From NCBI RefSeq assembly GCF_009914755.1, contig NC_060936.1: a DNA stretch of 64,000 nt; one strand, given 5' to 3'. Origin of the DNA: the human T2T-CHM13v2.0 reference genome, Homo sapiens. Made by a program: the position numbers and the translations under genes. Position 1 is the stretch's first letter, and each line of letters opens with the position of its first letter. The notes beneath the pieces were generated by a model. It worked only from the letters and a program-made list of their open reading frames with translations, was not told the origin of the DNA and searched no databases. Shown here one piece after another: positions 27,957 to 40,078 of the stretch.

Positions 27957-28699
27957 AATGTTTCAGCAACGTTGACTTTGGAATTCTTTAATTATAAGAT
28001 CGAAGATGTATTTTTCAAATTAGATAGCAGGTACATTTTTCACTTCCACCATTTCACCCTTAATCTTAAAGGTCTGCTAGCGATTTCTCAGATAGTGAAC
28101 AAAGTCTCTGAATTACTGATGTTAGCCAGAACTTGCTAATTTAAATTCACTGCAGAGGCATTCGCAATAGCTATCTTGCTTGAGAGCATGCACTCCTAAA
28201 GTTTCAGGAATCCTCTCAGGATTTTTGAGTGTTTGGCAATAATGCAATTCTGTTTCTGATAAAGCTAGATTCACTTAAGCATTTTTAAAGCACCTAACAC
28301 ATGCTTGACACTGGACTGTTTGCTGAGAATATCAAAATGAATGAGATGTAAAATCAGTCCCTCAAGATCTCATACATAGAGAAAAGAACAAATATATATT
28401 TTTTAATTTCCATCATCTGATTTCTTTGGAGGTTGTTAAAAATCAGAATGCCAAGACCTCTGATATATCCTTTATCTTGTGTGTTATCAGCAAAGCTACT
28501 TCAGCATAAATAAGCAAAAGGATACGTAACAGTCGATTACGCAAAATAAAAGTTCTAGATGAAGAGACTTTATCTAAAAGAGTAAGAAATGAAAATAGGA
28601 GGAATACCAACTACTCACCTGCCCAATCCCAAGAAACAGTAATAAAGAAACACACTCACCCACACACACACACTATAACAACCACAACGAAAATCTTAC

Positions 28700-28760
28700 C
28701 TGACTTGCCCACGCCTGCTCTCCCAAATATTGCCAGTTTGACCTCCGCACTTTTAGCCAT
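28700..28760 (-). CDS. RERG: RERG first coding segment (exon 2 CDS): MAKSAEVKLAIFGRAGVGKS + 1 nt, Ras-family beta1/P-loop
   Basis: ATG at 28760 in strong Kozak context (cccatcATGg). 20 codons include GxxxxGKS (GRAGVGKS) and match the RERG N-terminus as I recall it. Ends at phase-1 donor CAG|GTAAGA. I saw no downstream exon in 1-28699, so intron 2 is >28.7 kb. Confidence 0.97.
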
Positions 28761-28874
28761 GATGGGTGTTGGTAGACAATTTACTGTTGTTAAAACTAAA
28801 GCACTGAGTAAATCTTTTTGGTTCCAGTCTTTGGATTCACCATATCATTGTGAATCTTGGAAGAGTCCACAATC
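28761..28874 (-). other. RERG: RERG exon 2, 5'UTR portion (114 nt)
   Basis: Acceptor tttcttttgtttaAG|GATTGT (AG at 28876-28875), continuous with the CDS start. Confidence 0.93.
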
Positions 28875-29619
28875 CTTAAACAAAAGAAATTTGGGAATTC
28901 ATAAGTGACTGGAAAATGAATTAATATTTATTGAGCATCTACTATATGCCAGCCACCATTCACTTTTTCAACATTTTCTGGTTTGATCTTTACCACTATC
29001 CTGTGAGAAGTCTATGGTAACTTACTGTAAATGATTTAACTAATAAATGGTAGATTCAGGACTTGGATTTGGATCTGGTTGGTACTAAAACGTGCATTAT
29101 CACACACAATAGCATTTCTAAAGTACTTCCTCAAGAAATTTTCTTATGAAGGTATTGATTCTTGATAGTAACTGAAAGTAAAAGTGAATACACACATTTA
29201 CCATCTATCTGTAAGCATTCAGTGTACAAACACATGCAGTGGGGCAATGGAGAGAGTCACTTTTGGGCCTCTTCATGTCTCTTTGGGTTGAATAACATAC
29301 ATTCATATTAGTCAACTCCAATGCAACACAATTCAATTTTGCATCTCAAAGTTAAATTTTTTCTCAATTCACACTTGATCACATGATGAATTCCTGTGAC
29401 AGATACAGATACACATGTTCTAGGAATCAATATATAATACATAGATTACATTTCTATATTTTGCTGGACACAATGCCCTGGTACAAAAACGATAAATGCC
29501 ATGCTCCAAGTTATTCCTTTTCTATGATGACTTCAAGTAAATTTGTTTATAGTGCTGTCTTAAAGCTTGGGAAATAACATTATGTACAAAGTAAGCACAT
29601 CTTATTTAGTTTGGTGCTT

Positions 29620-30500
29620 TAGGAGTGACATCTAGGTTCTTAGGATCATGGAAACGTAAATTTGGAAAGAGCTTTGGTGGTGGTGGGGGCTGGAGTGGGG
29701 GTCATCTGAAGAAATCTTCTAGCCATTCTTCTAGCAAGAATCTTTCCTTAGGACATAACAATCATTCCATATTCCATGCCTGACTTACCACTTCCAGGTA
29801 TGAAAGGTGGGCTCATTACTTCTGAAAGCTGCTTCATTTCTCCAATTAGGAGGAACTATCTTTCTAATATTGAGCTCTAAACTGTCTCCCTGCGGCTTCT
29901 ACTCATTTGTCCTCATTTCTCTCTATGAAATAACTCAAAACAAGTCAACTTTTTCTTTCACTCAGAACCGTTCAAGGATCCTAGCATCTAGTAGGACCCT
30001 TTGCTCCATCCTAGGCTTCTTTTTTCTAGGAACATGAGGCCCAGCCTGTCCACTTGTTCTTCCCGGAATGTACACTCTCGTTTATGTTTTTTTGACCTTC
30101 ACTCCCTTTTTCATCATGTGCATTGCCTCCTCAACATCTTAATCACTCTAAAAGCATGGTGTCCACTGCATTCCACTTTGAGATATGACCTGACAAACTG
30201 ACCCGGTGTAAATTCCCTGAGATTTTCACTATCGTTAATCTGCCCACCATGGTTATACTGTAGCACAGCCAATCACATTAAGCCTCACATCTTTTACACG
30301 GACTGCAGACCCCCTCATTCCGAACATTTGCAATCAATGGCTTAAACCTAAATACAGCACAGCACTTTTACCCGTGTTAATCTTAATCACACCAGTCTGC
30401 ATAATTCATTCCATTTTCAAGGCAGTAAAGATGTTTTAAACACAAATATGTTATCTAAATGTGTTAAATGTTCCTGCCAGATTTTTCCATCTATAAATTT
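29620..30500 (-). mobile_element. L3/CR1 remnant in RERG intron 1
   Basis: Degenerate reverse CR1 motifs (tttctaatattgagctctaaactgtctccctgcggcttctactcatttgtcct). Confidence 0.5.
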
Positions 30501-32319
30501 TTACAAAGAGCTTCTTGAGAGAGAAATTAAAAAGTGAAAATCCGCCTGAAAAAGTATTTCTACAAAGACATTATCATGTAATTGTTTTCTTCCTTAGGTA
30601 TTTAAGCTATCATCCTGTACCTAATAAGGTTTTGTATTTGCTGATTTTCAAAGTGCCAGAGCTTCCTCTGAAGGAAGGAAAAATCAACATTAACATTAGC
30701 TATTGTTTACTTCATCCTCAATAATGACAAAGTGTCTAAGTAATCATTATTAGCAAAAACCAGAAGCTTAAACATCTGCAATTTGTCCAGTCCCATATTT
30801 TTGGCTAAAGATAAAAAGATTTCCTTATTTGTCACTTTAGATGCATTCATTAAGAAAAGGCCCTATGTTTTTAAGGTTCAGGGCTTCATCACAGAAACAT
30901 AATATGTGGAGATATATTAACTATTTAAATTATAAATGAGAAGAGGTGCTGGCAAGTATTTCTTTGAAACATTGAACACGCAAGTGTCTGCAGCTAGTAT
31001 AAACAATAATTTTGTTTCATGCAAAACTGTTCATATACATGGATATAAAATGCAAGTAATTATCTGTCTGATTAATGTTTCATGAAAGTAGCCATCAAAT
31101 GTGATTTTAAAAAAATGACAAGTCACATTTTTTAGTAACTCCCAAATGGCCCCAGAGGCATAGGAATTTCACATAAGAAAGAGAAATTGTGTGGGCTATT
31201 TTTTCCATTTATAACCTAATAAAGATACAGCTGGTTATTGTCAACCTAATTTTATGTTTAGAAAAATCACTTAAAGGAAGACACAAAACTGACAGGAGTT
31301 CTTCAACATTTTATTTCTCACATGAAAATGTGAAAAGTTACATTTGACAAGATAGAAAACAAAAATAAATATGTAAATTGTTGTAATAAGTAAACTGTTG
31401 CCAAGTTTCTGATGTTCCAAATAATTCATAATCTGAGAGCTTCCATACGTGGATCTAAGAAAATCCATTTGTCCTAATGTTCTGCTGAAATATTCTGAGT
31501 AGGGCTGAAATTTGCCATTCACTTTTTATGTGGATGGTGCTTATTAGGACAAAAACATCTCAGCTGCTATCACTCTAAAGGTAAAATCATACCTATTTAG
31601 TTTGAAGGTGTAGGTTTTTTTTTCCCTAAACATAAATTAAAGGAAAAAGGAAAAACGCTAGCTAAAATCCTGTATTATTAGTGATGCATTCATTGATTTA
31701 TTCCACACTTTCACGCTATGCACATACAAATAAAAGTAGTTCCCTTCGAAGAGCTTACACTCTGTTAGACCTATGATATTTAGATAACTGTAACCTTATT
31801 TACTTACTTATTTAAAGAAAGTTTTCATTCCTAATAAATCATTCTCAAGGCTATATTTATCAAGGTTCATGCTTTCTACTTCCTCTTGGGGGTGGGGCAA
31901 GCAAGCGTCTTTATAAGGTAATCATGCTTGGAACTTCTGTTTGCATGCGCTCATCAAAATCAAGTGTAGCTATTTAGGGAAGCAAAGACCCTAGTCTAGG
32001 CCTGGAAATGAGATTCTCTTCTTTTTTGGCCTCCCCTTCTCTGGTTCTGAAATCAAGTTTTCCTGGTCTCATTACTAGGAATTCTTCCTCTTCTTATCAC
32101 TACGCAGTACCCACAGCAAACCAGGATAATTGTATAAGCCCCTTGGCTATTTAATGTTGCTCTGAACTCAACAGGTATCTTGCAAGAATAAACAAATCCA
32201 TTGTGGACTGCAAGTCACTTGCTTTCAGGCTAGGGAGAAAATGCAGCCTTAAGTCAAAAGGGCATTTTCCCTCTCAGCTAGGAGAGCCCTGTCAAGATAG
32301 GCTGCTGGTGTTCACATCT

Positions 32320-32860
32320 CCCTCGCAGCGAACCCCAAAGCCGCCCTGGGAGGAGAACCCGGTGACCAAGAGGACCGACTCAGAGGCCGAGCGCGCTCAG
32401 GGCTCGGAATGGGTCTGCAGGAAGTCGTCCCGAAAGAGCTGCCTGGACACGTGCGTGACACTCACCTGTTCACACTCTCCAGGCCAGGAGAGCTACGGTC
32501 CTCTGCAAGTTCGGAATGGGTCCCCCAAGATCGCGAAGCCCTCCCACACTGCGCAGCCCAGGCTTCAGGTTGCGTTTGCGAGTTGCTGGGCTGCGGTCGT
32601 GGGTGGGACTCGCCGCAGAAGCAAGTGCCAGTGGCCCGGCGGGGGTCTCCTCACTCGCGCTCGCTCCGACTAGCGGCGGAGGGACTGCGGCAGGACGCGA
32701 GCTGAGCCCGGCCAAGGCCGCTGCGCTCAGCGGCCAGGATGCTGCAGTGCGGCGCTTCGGCGCCCCCTACTGGGGGCAGGGGCAGGCTCCTCCCGCCGCG
32801 CTGCCTCCCAGGCTTGCGAGCTTGGGTCTTTAACGTGCTGCACCCAAGACGGGCTTCCCT
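32320..32860. promoter_or_regulatory. RERG: CpG island / TATA-less promoter of RERG
   Basis: Only non-repeat GC- and CpG-rich block in an AT-rich window. Spans exon 1. E-box CACGTG at 32448-32453. Confidence 0.9.
32466..32690 (-). other. RERG: RERG non-coding exon 1 (TSS approximate)
   Basis: Perfect donor AACAG|GTGAGT (GT at 32465-32464) inside the CpG island, same strand as exon 2. No ATG in the exon. The 5' end cannot be fixed from sequence alone. Confidence 0.85.
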
Positions 32861-32999
32861 TTTTCACTGGTTATTTCCAAGCCTCCAGGCTCCCACCGAA
32901 GGGCGGCTTTCCTCGGTCAAAACCTTGCCTAAGAAAGCATCACTACGTGGTGTTTTCTATTCCTTATTTCAAATGATCCTCGCAATATCTCTTTGAAGT

Positions 33000-34200
33000 A
33001 TCTTTAATTATCTCCATGATACCCAAGAGGAAACTGAAGGAGAAGGTAACGCAAGGCTAGTAAATGGCTGGAATGAAATCCAGACTGGATTGGGAACTGA
33101 GAGATGCTAGGAAAAACAAACAAGGAATTCAATTGAAATTCTATTCATATATTTGAGAAAGTTCCAAAAGCTTCTCGTCCTCCTTACAGGATCAGCATTT
33201 ATAGGATTTGCATTGGAGTCATACTCCATTATGCTCAGACCCTAACAAAGACAATTAATATGCGAGCTGTGCTGGACCTGCTTTCATATCCCTCATCTGA
33301 TTTGATTTTTACACCCTCTCTTCATGTAAGAACTAGTATTATAATTACTAGCCTTTCACAGATGAGGAGGTGAGCTTCAGAGAGGCTAAATGATCTCCCA
33401 AAAACTGAAACATCTGAGCAAAGAAGCAGGAGGCACTTATGTTATTGTTTTTCCCTTATAAATCTGGGTATTCTTACCAAGATACCAAACGGCTTCCAGA
33501 AAACCAGTGTTATATAGAACAGACAGGGGCCTAGGGCAAACTGAACGATCTGTAGAATGTCATCAATGGGAAGGGAGGTAACCATGGAGGCAATTTCCAG
33601 AGTCCAGACTGACCTGGAAGGTCACTGCAGCCACGAGTGAATGGCTGAATGGAACAGCTAGATCTATGGCAAAAAGAGGAGTTGCCTAGCTGAGCAGGAG
33701 CTGCCCTGCTGGTTCTTTGAGAAAGCTCAAACATTGTATGGTTTATGAGTTTCCTGATCACTAATGTACCCCTCCCTCCACACCACATACATCTGGATTA
33801 GATGCCTCCCTCTGTATCTCACAGGACCCTGTGATCTTATCATTGTGTTTGTGTTGTACTCATTTCTGCCCCTTAGTCCTCTCCATTAATCTGTGAGCTC
33901 CCAGAAGCCAGGAATGTACCATGTGTGACTTCTGTATTCCCAGCATCATCCATACAGTGTGTATACCTACAGCCTGGCATATAGTAGGTAGTTAAAGAAT
34001 ACCTACTGAATTGAATGAATTAAGATAAAGAAGAAGTTGTGATAGGATATGTTTGAGCTTTTTTACATACTGGATTTAGGATAGACCATCCAGTAAGAAA
34101 TTGAATGTATGGGGCTGCGACATTTAAGAAAGAGGCCTGGAAAAGAGAGAGACTTTGGTGTCTTAGCATGCAGAAGATCTTTGAAGTCTGGGATGGGATA
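33000..34200. mobile_element. MIR and L2 fragments upstream of the promoter
   Basis: gaggaaactgaagg; acagatgaggaggtgagcttcagagagg; gcctggcatatagtaggtag...gaattgaatgaat. Confidence 0.6.
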
Positions 34201-34433
34201 ATAATTACCCAGATTCATTATATAGAATCTTACAGAATTCCAATTACATGGAATCGTGTGGCATTAAGGTGTTCAGGTTTCACATGTTACCTTGTTTCCC
34301 CCATTAAATCTTATACTCAGGGCAAGATTTAATAAAAAAAAAAAAATCTGTGACCCTATATCTGTAAATATACTATTTACAGAGACTTGAGTTGGAATTC
34401 CCACTTTGCCACTCTTATTTAATAAGAGTTATT

Positions 34434-34781
34434 GACCAGCCTGGGCAACATGGGTAGAGACAGCGTCTCTACTAAAAATACAAAAAATTAGCCAGGCGTG
34501 GTGGCACGCATCTGTAATCCCAACACTTTGGGAGGCTGAGATGGGCGGATCACCTGAGGTCAGAAGTTCGAGACCAGCCTGGCCAACGTGGTGAAACCCC
34601 ATCTCTACTAAAAATATAAAAATTAGCCAGGCGTTGTGGAAGGAGCCTGTAATCCCAGCTACTCCAGAGGCTGAGGCAAGAGAATCACTTGAACCCCAGA
34701 GGCGGTGGTTGTAACAAGCCAAGATCGTGCCATTGCACTCCAGCCTAGGTGACAAAAAGAGACTCTGTCTCAAGAAAAAAA
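34434..34781 (+). mobile_element. Composite AluS: partial extra monomer fused to an AluSx-like element
   Basis: Two copies of the A5TACA6 linker; the first right-arm start switches into left-arm sequence after ctgtaatccca. Confidence 0.88.
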
Positions 34782-37245
34782 TAATAATAGTAAGTTTTCG
34801 AAGAGGGCCCAAGCCAGGTCCCATTTGTAGTAGTTCTTTTGGAACTTGCCTATGGAACCTGATTCTCTCCATTTTCCTGCTTAGCCCATATAACAACAGC
34901 ATTCCTCCCTCAACTAGGGAGGCATTTGCATACACATCTGCAGTTCTTGATGTGCTGCTCTAAGATAGATGAAGTAGCTATCTTGGAGCCTGACTCCCAC
35001 TGTGTTACATCTTCCGTATGTATCCTATATTCTGCGGGCTGCTTCCTTTGTCTCTAAAGCAGCAAAAAGAGGCACGCTCTCTTGTGCTGCCTGCCTCATG
35101 GATCAGTAAGAAGGGCAGAGGACACTTTGTACTTACGGTTCCATGACATATGTTTGCTGGGCAAGAATTCTCCTGGGGAAAGGGGAAGTCCTTGTCACAT
35201 TCAAGTCTCTTAGCCTGGCCTTAGGCTTCAGCTAAAACCTCTAACACAAAACAAGTAGACGAAGTGTTGATATAACCACAAAGCATGTTAGAAACTGGAA
35301 TTGTGTGTGTGTATGTCTGTGTAGCTGTTAATCATGTTTGTTATAAATAATTCAAACAGTAGAAAAATACAAAGATGTAGAAAATCATCCCCAGAATCAC
35401 ACTATCCAGAAATAATAACCATTGTTAACATAAGGGGACCATCATCATTCCAGATATTGTAGAAAACAGACATCCTGATGGACAGGTATGTGAAATGGCA
35501 CAGATATGCTAAGTGTCATCATCCTGTAGATGCTATTTTTAATTTAAAAGTACACTTAATGAAGCAGAAGATAACAAAATTAAAGTGAACATTAAAGGCT
35601 GACCAAACTTTAGATATTTACTCACTTCATGAGATAGTCACTTACTTCATGAGATATTCACCCTAAAGATTCCTTTACAGTTTGAATTATTACATAAAAC
35701 CAGATCTGAATTCATTATGCTTAAACATATATTTGTTTTAGTCAATATCAACTGACTGTTTGCTATTTAAAAAGAAGAAAATAGCTCTTTTATTATGTCT
35801 CTTTTTTTCTTCCCTCCTTCTATATTTTTACACAGGTTTCGTTTGTTCATTGTCAAGATTTGTAACATTCACTTTCCACTTATAACTCTCATTCCCAAAG
35901 TGGTTTAAACTTAGTTCTATATTTAAATAGAATAAATTTCTTTCATTGATTCTTTTATCATGTTTTTTCTATTATTGATTATTTTGATTCATCCCTTGAT
36001 ATCTTCATTAAGCAATGTTTTCAAGAAGGTCTTGCAGGTGCTGTATTGTATAATTGAGAATACCTGTTTCTTCCTTTTCTTGTTGTTTTTAAATTTGTTA
36101 TTAGCCTACTTTTGCTTACAATGACCTTCTCCTCCTTTTTTTTCCTGTGTAGTGTGTTTTTATATTTATTATTGGTTTCTTTTTTAGATCAAGACTCATA
36201 TTTGCTATGATACAAATTCAGTTAATTGTGCTTGACTTCATTCCTACCTTGTCTGAGGCCTGTTTGTTTTTTCTATAAAGCAATGGTTTGAAGGTGAGCA
36301 TTGCATTCTGTCTACCATCCCGAGATGAGAAGGTGAGGGCTTCTGAGTCTCTGTGCAGCCTCTGAGAGAGGTTACATGCTCTGCTTTTGTTCTCAGGTTT
36401 TACTAAAGACTCTGTCTCAGGATTTAATGCAGGCCATCAGGATCACATACTGTTTCAGAAAGATTCCCTTAAGCCTGAGATTGCACTCTTCATTCATTCT
36501 TGGAGCCCTCTACTCTCTCTCCCAAGCCATTTCTACTATGACTACTCACTCTGCCCTCTCCTCCCATCAGAAAAGGGTAAGTGTAGTTGCTCAGTTCATT
36601 TCACTCCAAATTTGCAGACATTCTTAACTGGTGAGAAATAATACTTACGATTTGATCACTCATCAGTACTGCTTCTGGAAAGCCAGGACTTTCTATATCA
36701 TGATCGTTTATTTTCTTTATTTCATTTTGAAGTTACATGGCAAGAAATTATACTCATTTCCTTATTTTGTTGCTACTAATGATTATCTTTTGACTTTGGG
36801 ATGAGTATTTAATTGCTGTTACCATTTATTTAGTTAAATATTAGGCAAAGGCAAGACTGATTTTAGCTGAGATTGAACTTTCCTGTTTACTGGGAACAAC
36901 TATAAAGGCTAACCAAAATATACAAAATAGCTGTTTGGAAGCATTGGCAAACAACCAAGGCAGGGCTGCACATCTGACAGAGGGGATGTACTGGAGTTTA
37001 GCCTCACAGGCACACAAATTTTCTTGTTGGGGGCATTTTAAGGGCCCATATCCATGAAAGTGAAGCCCAAACATCAGTGAGAGATTAGGGTTCAGGGCTA
37101 CTAAAGCAACTGGGTTCAGAAGGCTATCAGAAAGGGCAGCAGCCACGGAGACAGAAGCTCAGATATTTGCATGGAAATGTCCCTAGGATCTTGGCTAATT
37201 TCAGGGCTGCACATTGCGTGGTGAGTCTCTGAGACATCTGGTAAA

Positions 37246-38031
37246 CATCATCACTGGCCATCAGAGAAATGCAAATCAAAACCACAATGAGATAACATCT
37301 CACACAAAACCACAATGAGATACCATCTCACACCACTTAGAATGGCAATCATTAAAAAGTCAGGAAACAACAGGTGCTGGAGAGGATGTGGAGAAATAGG
37401 AACACTTTTACACTGTTGGTTGGACAGTAAACTAGTTCAACCATTGTGGAAGTCAGTGTGGCGATTCCTCAGGGATCTAGAACTAGAAATACCATTTGAC
37501 CCAGCCATCCCATTACTGGGTATATACCCAAAGGACTATAAATCTTGCTGCTATAAAGACACATGCACACGTATGTTCATTGTGGCATTATTCACAATAG
37601 CAAAGACTTGGAACCAACCCAAATGTCCGACAATGATAGACTGGATTAAGAAAATGTGGCACATATACACCATGGAATACTATGCAGCCATAAAAAATGA
37701 TGAGTTCATGTCCTTTGTAGGGACATGGATGGAATTGGAAATCATCATTCTCAGTGAACTATCGCAAGAACGAAAAACCAAACACCGCATATTCCCACTC
37801 ATAGGTGGGAATTGAACAATGAGATCACATGGACACAGGAAGGGGAATATCACACTCTGGGGACTGTGGTGGGGTGGGGGGAGGGGGGAGGGATAGCATT
37901 GGGAGATATACCTAATGCTAGATGACGAGTTAGTGGGCGCAGCGCACCAGCATGGCACATGTATACATATGTAACTAACCTGCACAATGTGCACATGTAC
38001 CCTAAAACTTAAAGTGTAATAAAAAAAAAAA
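37246..38031 (+). mobile_element. L1PA2-like, 5'-truncated
   Basis: Intact ORF2 C-terminus (37315-37815 ...RIFPLIGGN). 3'UTR gctagatgacGAGttagtggg lacks the L1HS ACA. G-rich tract and polyA present. Confidence 0.92.
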
Positions 38032-38387
38032 GGACTGAAAAAAAAAAGAACAGCTGCCTAAAGTCTGAAAGCTCCTGAATCCCAAGATGTGAATTACAGA
38101 GTTCTCTGAGTGCTGAGAAGACATCCGAGTTTCAGCCCAGTCAGCGTTCAGAAATCTTTGTGAAGTAGGAGTGAGGACCATTAATGCCTTAGGCAGAAGG
38201 GCTGTAACCTGGGACTAAGGGTGGATCTGAAAGACAACCCCCTACAACAGAGACTAAAATGAGACCTTTACAGGAGCAATCTAATCCACCAGCAAATTAA
38301 CAGCCTGCCAAAACAAAATACAACACTCTTGAAAAAGTTAACAGGATCCAGAGCCTGTATAACCATCATCTACAATGTCAAACCTAC

Positions 38388-38761
38388 TGAATTAGTCTGC
38401 TCAGGCTGCCATGACAAAGTACCCCGGAATGGGTAACTTAAACAACAGAAATATATTTCTCACATTTATGGAGGTTAAGAAGTCCAAGAAAGTTTCATTC
38501 TGAAGCCTCTTCTTTTGGCCAGCAGGCGGCCCTCTTTATGTGCTCACACGACTTCCTCTGTATGAGTGTGTGGAGAGACAAAGAGAGCTTTCCAGTGTTT
38601 CTCTTTATAAGGACATTCGTCTTATTGGATCTGATCCATCCTTATGACCTCATTTAACCTTAATTCTTTTTTGGAAAGGTTCTATCTCCAAATAAAATCA
38701 CACTAAGAATATGGCTTCAACATATGCATTTTGAGGGCACACAAACATTCAGTTCATAACA
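38388..38761 (-). mobile_element. MLT1A/MSTD-like MaLR LTR
   Basis: tgaattagtctgctcaggctgccatgacaaagtacc ... aaacattcagttcataaca. Confidence 0.82.
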
Positions 38762-39770
38762 TAGACAATAAACATTTCCAGATAGGCAAGAAGCACATAA
38801 AATTTATCAATACTCAAGAGATAAAAATACAAGATAGATGTCTATATATTGAAGTAATTAGATGAAGACTTCAAAATCGCTAGGATTATTATGTTAAAAC
38901 CAACAGAGGAAATAATGGACAAAGACAGATAAAAATATAAAGTATTTATCATATTTTTATCCATTTGGGGATATTTCACAGAGAAATAGAAACTATGAAA
39001 AGGATCAAATAAAAACTTTAGAACTATAAATAAATACTTAAAATTAAGAACCCATTTGAAGGGTTTAACAGTAGATTGAAAGATTGGAAGACAGAATAGT
39101 AAATCCAACGATCTGTCATTAGAAAATGTCCAAAATGGACCACAGAGGAAAAATAAACAATGGAAAGATCAAAACAGAGAATGAAAAATGTAGAACATGA
39201 TCAAAAGTCATAACACACATGTAATTGGAGTTCTAGAAAGAGAAGAATGAAAGGATGAGATAAAAGCAATAGTTGAAGAAATAATAGCTGAAAATTTTGC
39301 AAATCTAATGAAAGGTAGTAATCCCTCAATTCAAGATGTTTCATGAACCCCAGGCAAGGTAAATAAAAAGAAAGCTAAACCTACATGCATACATCAACTT
39401 ACTGATCAGCAAAATACAGAGAAAATACTAAAAACACCTACAGAAAAAAAACAAAAAAGACACACAGTTTTTAAGAAAAAAATACAGTAAAAATGGATTA
39501 TAGCCTCTCAATAGAAACTGTGGAAAACCTAGGACAATGAAAAGGCGTCTTCAAAGTGCTGAGCTAGAATTCTGTATTTGTTGAAATAAGTCATTCTCAG
39601 ACAAAATTTGAGATAGTTTATTGATTGTCAGCAGAACAATGAAAAAAATGATTTCAGATGGAAGCAAAACCAAAAAATTCTAGTAGTGGCAGCAACTCCT
39701 GATAGGGTAAATAAATGGGTAAAAATAAATGAATATTAACCAATGAAAACCACAAGTATAAAAATGTCTT

Positions 39771-40078
<308 letters not shown>

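Noticed and set aside
30620-30629. Perfect CArG box CCTAATAAGG in intron 1
   Set aside because: Several are expected by chance in 64 kb of AT-rich DNA; no supporting context.
32203-32996. Five overlapping ORFs of 81-156 aa
   Set aside because: Expected stop-codon scarcity in a CpG island; the region is the RERG promoter and non-coding exon 1.
34429-34935. 168-aa ORF, and similar ORFs at 23165, 47425/47468 and 53344
   Set aside because: Antisense Alu translations.
37315-37815. 166-aa ORF
   Set aside because: C-terminus of L1 ORF2p in a 5'-truncated element, not a host gene.
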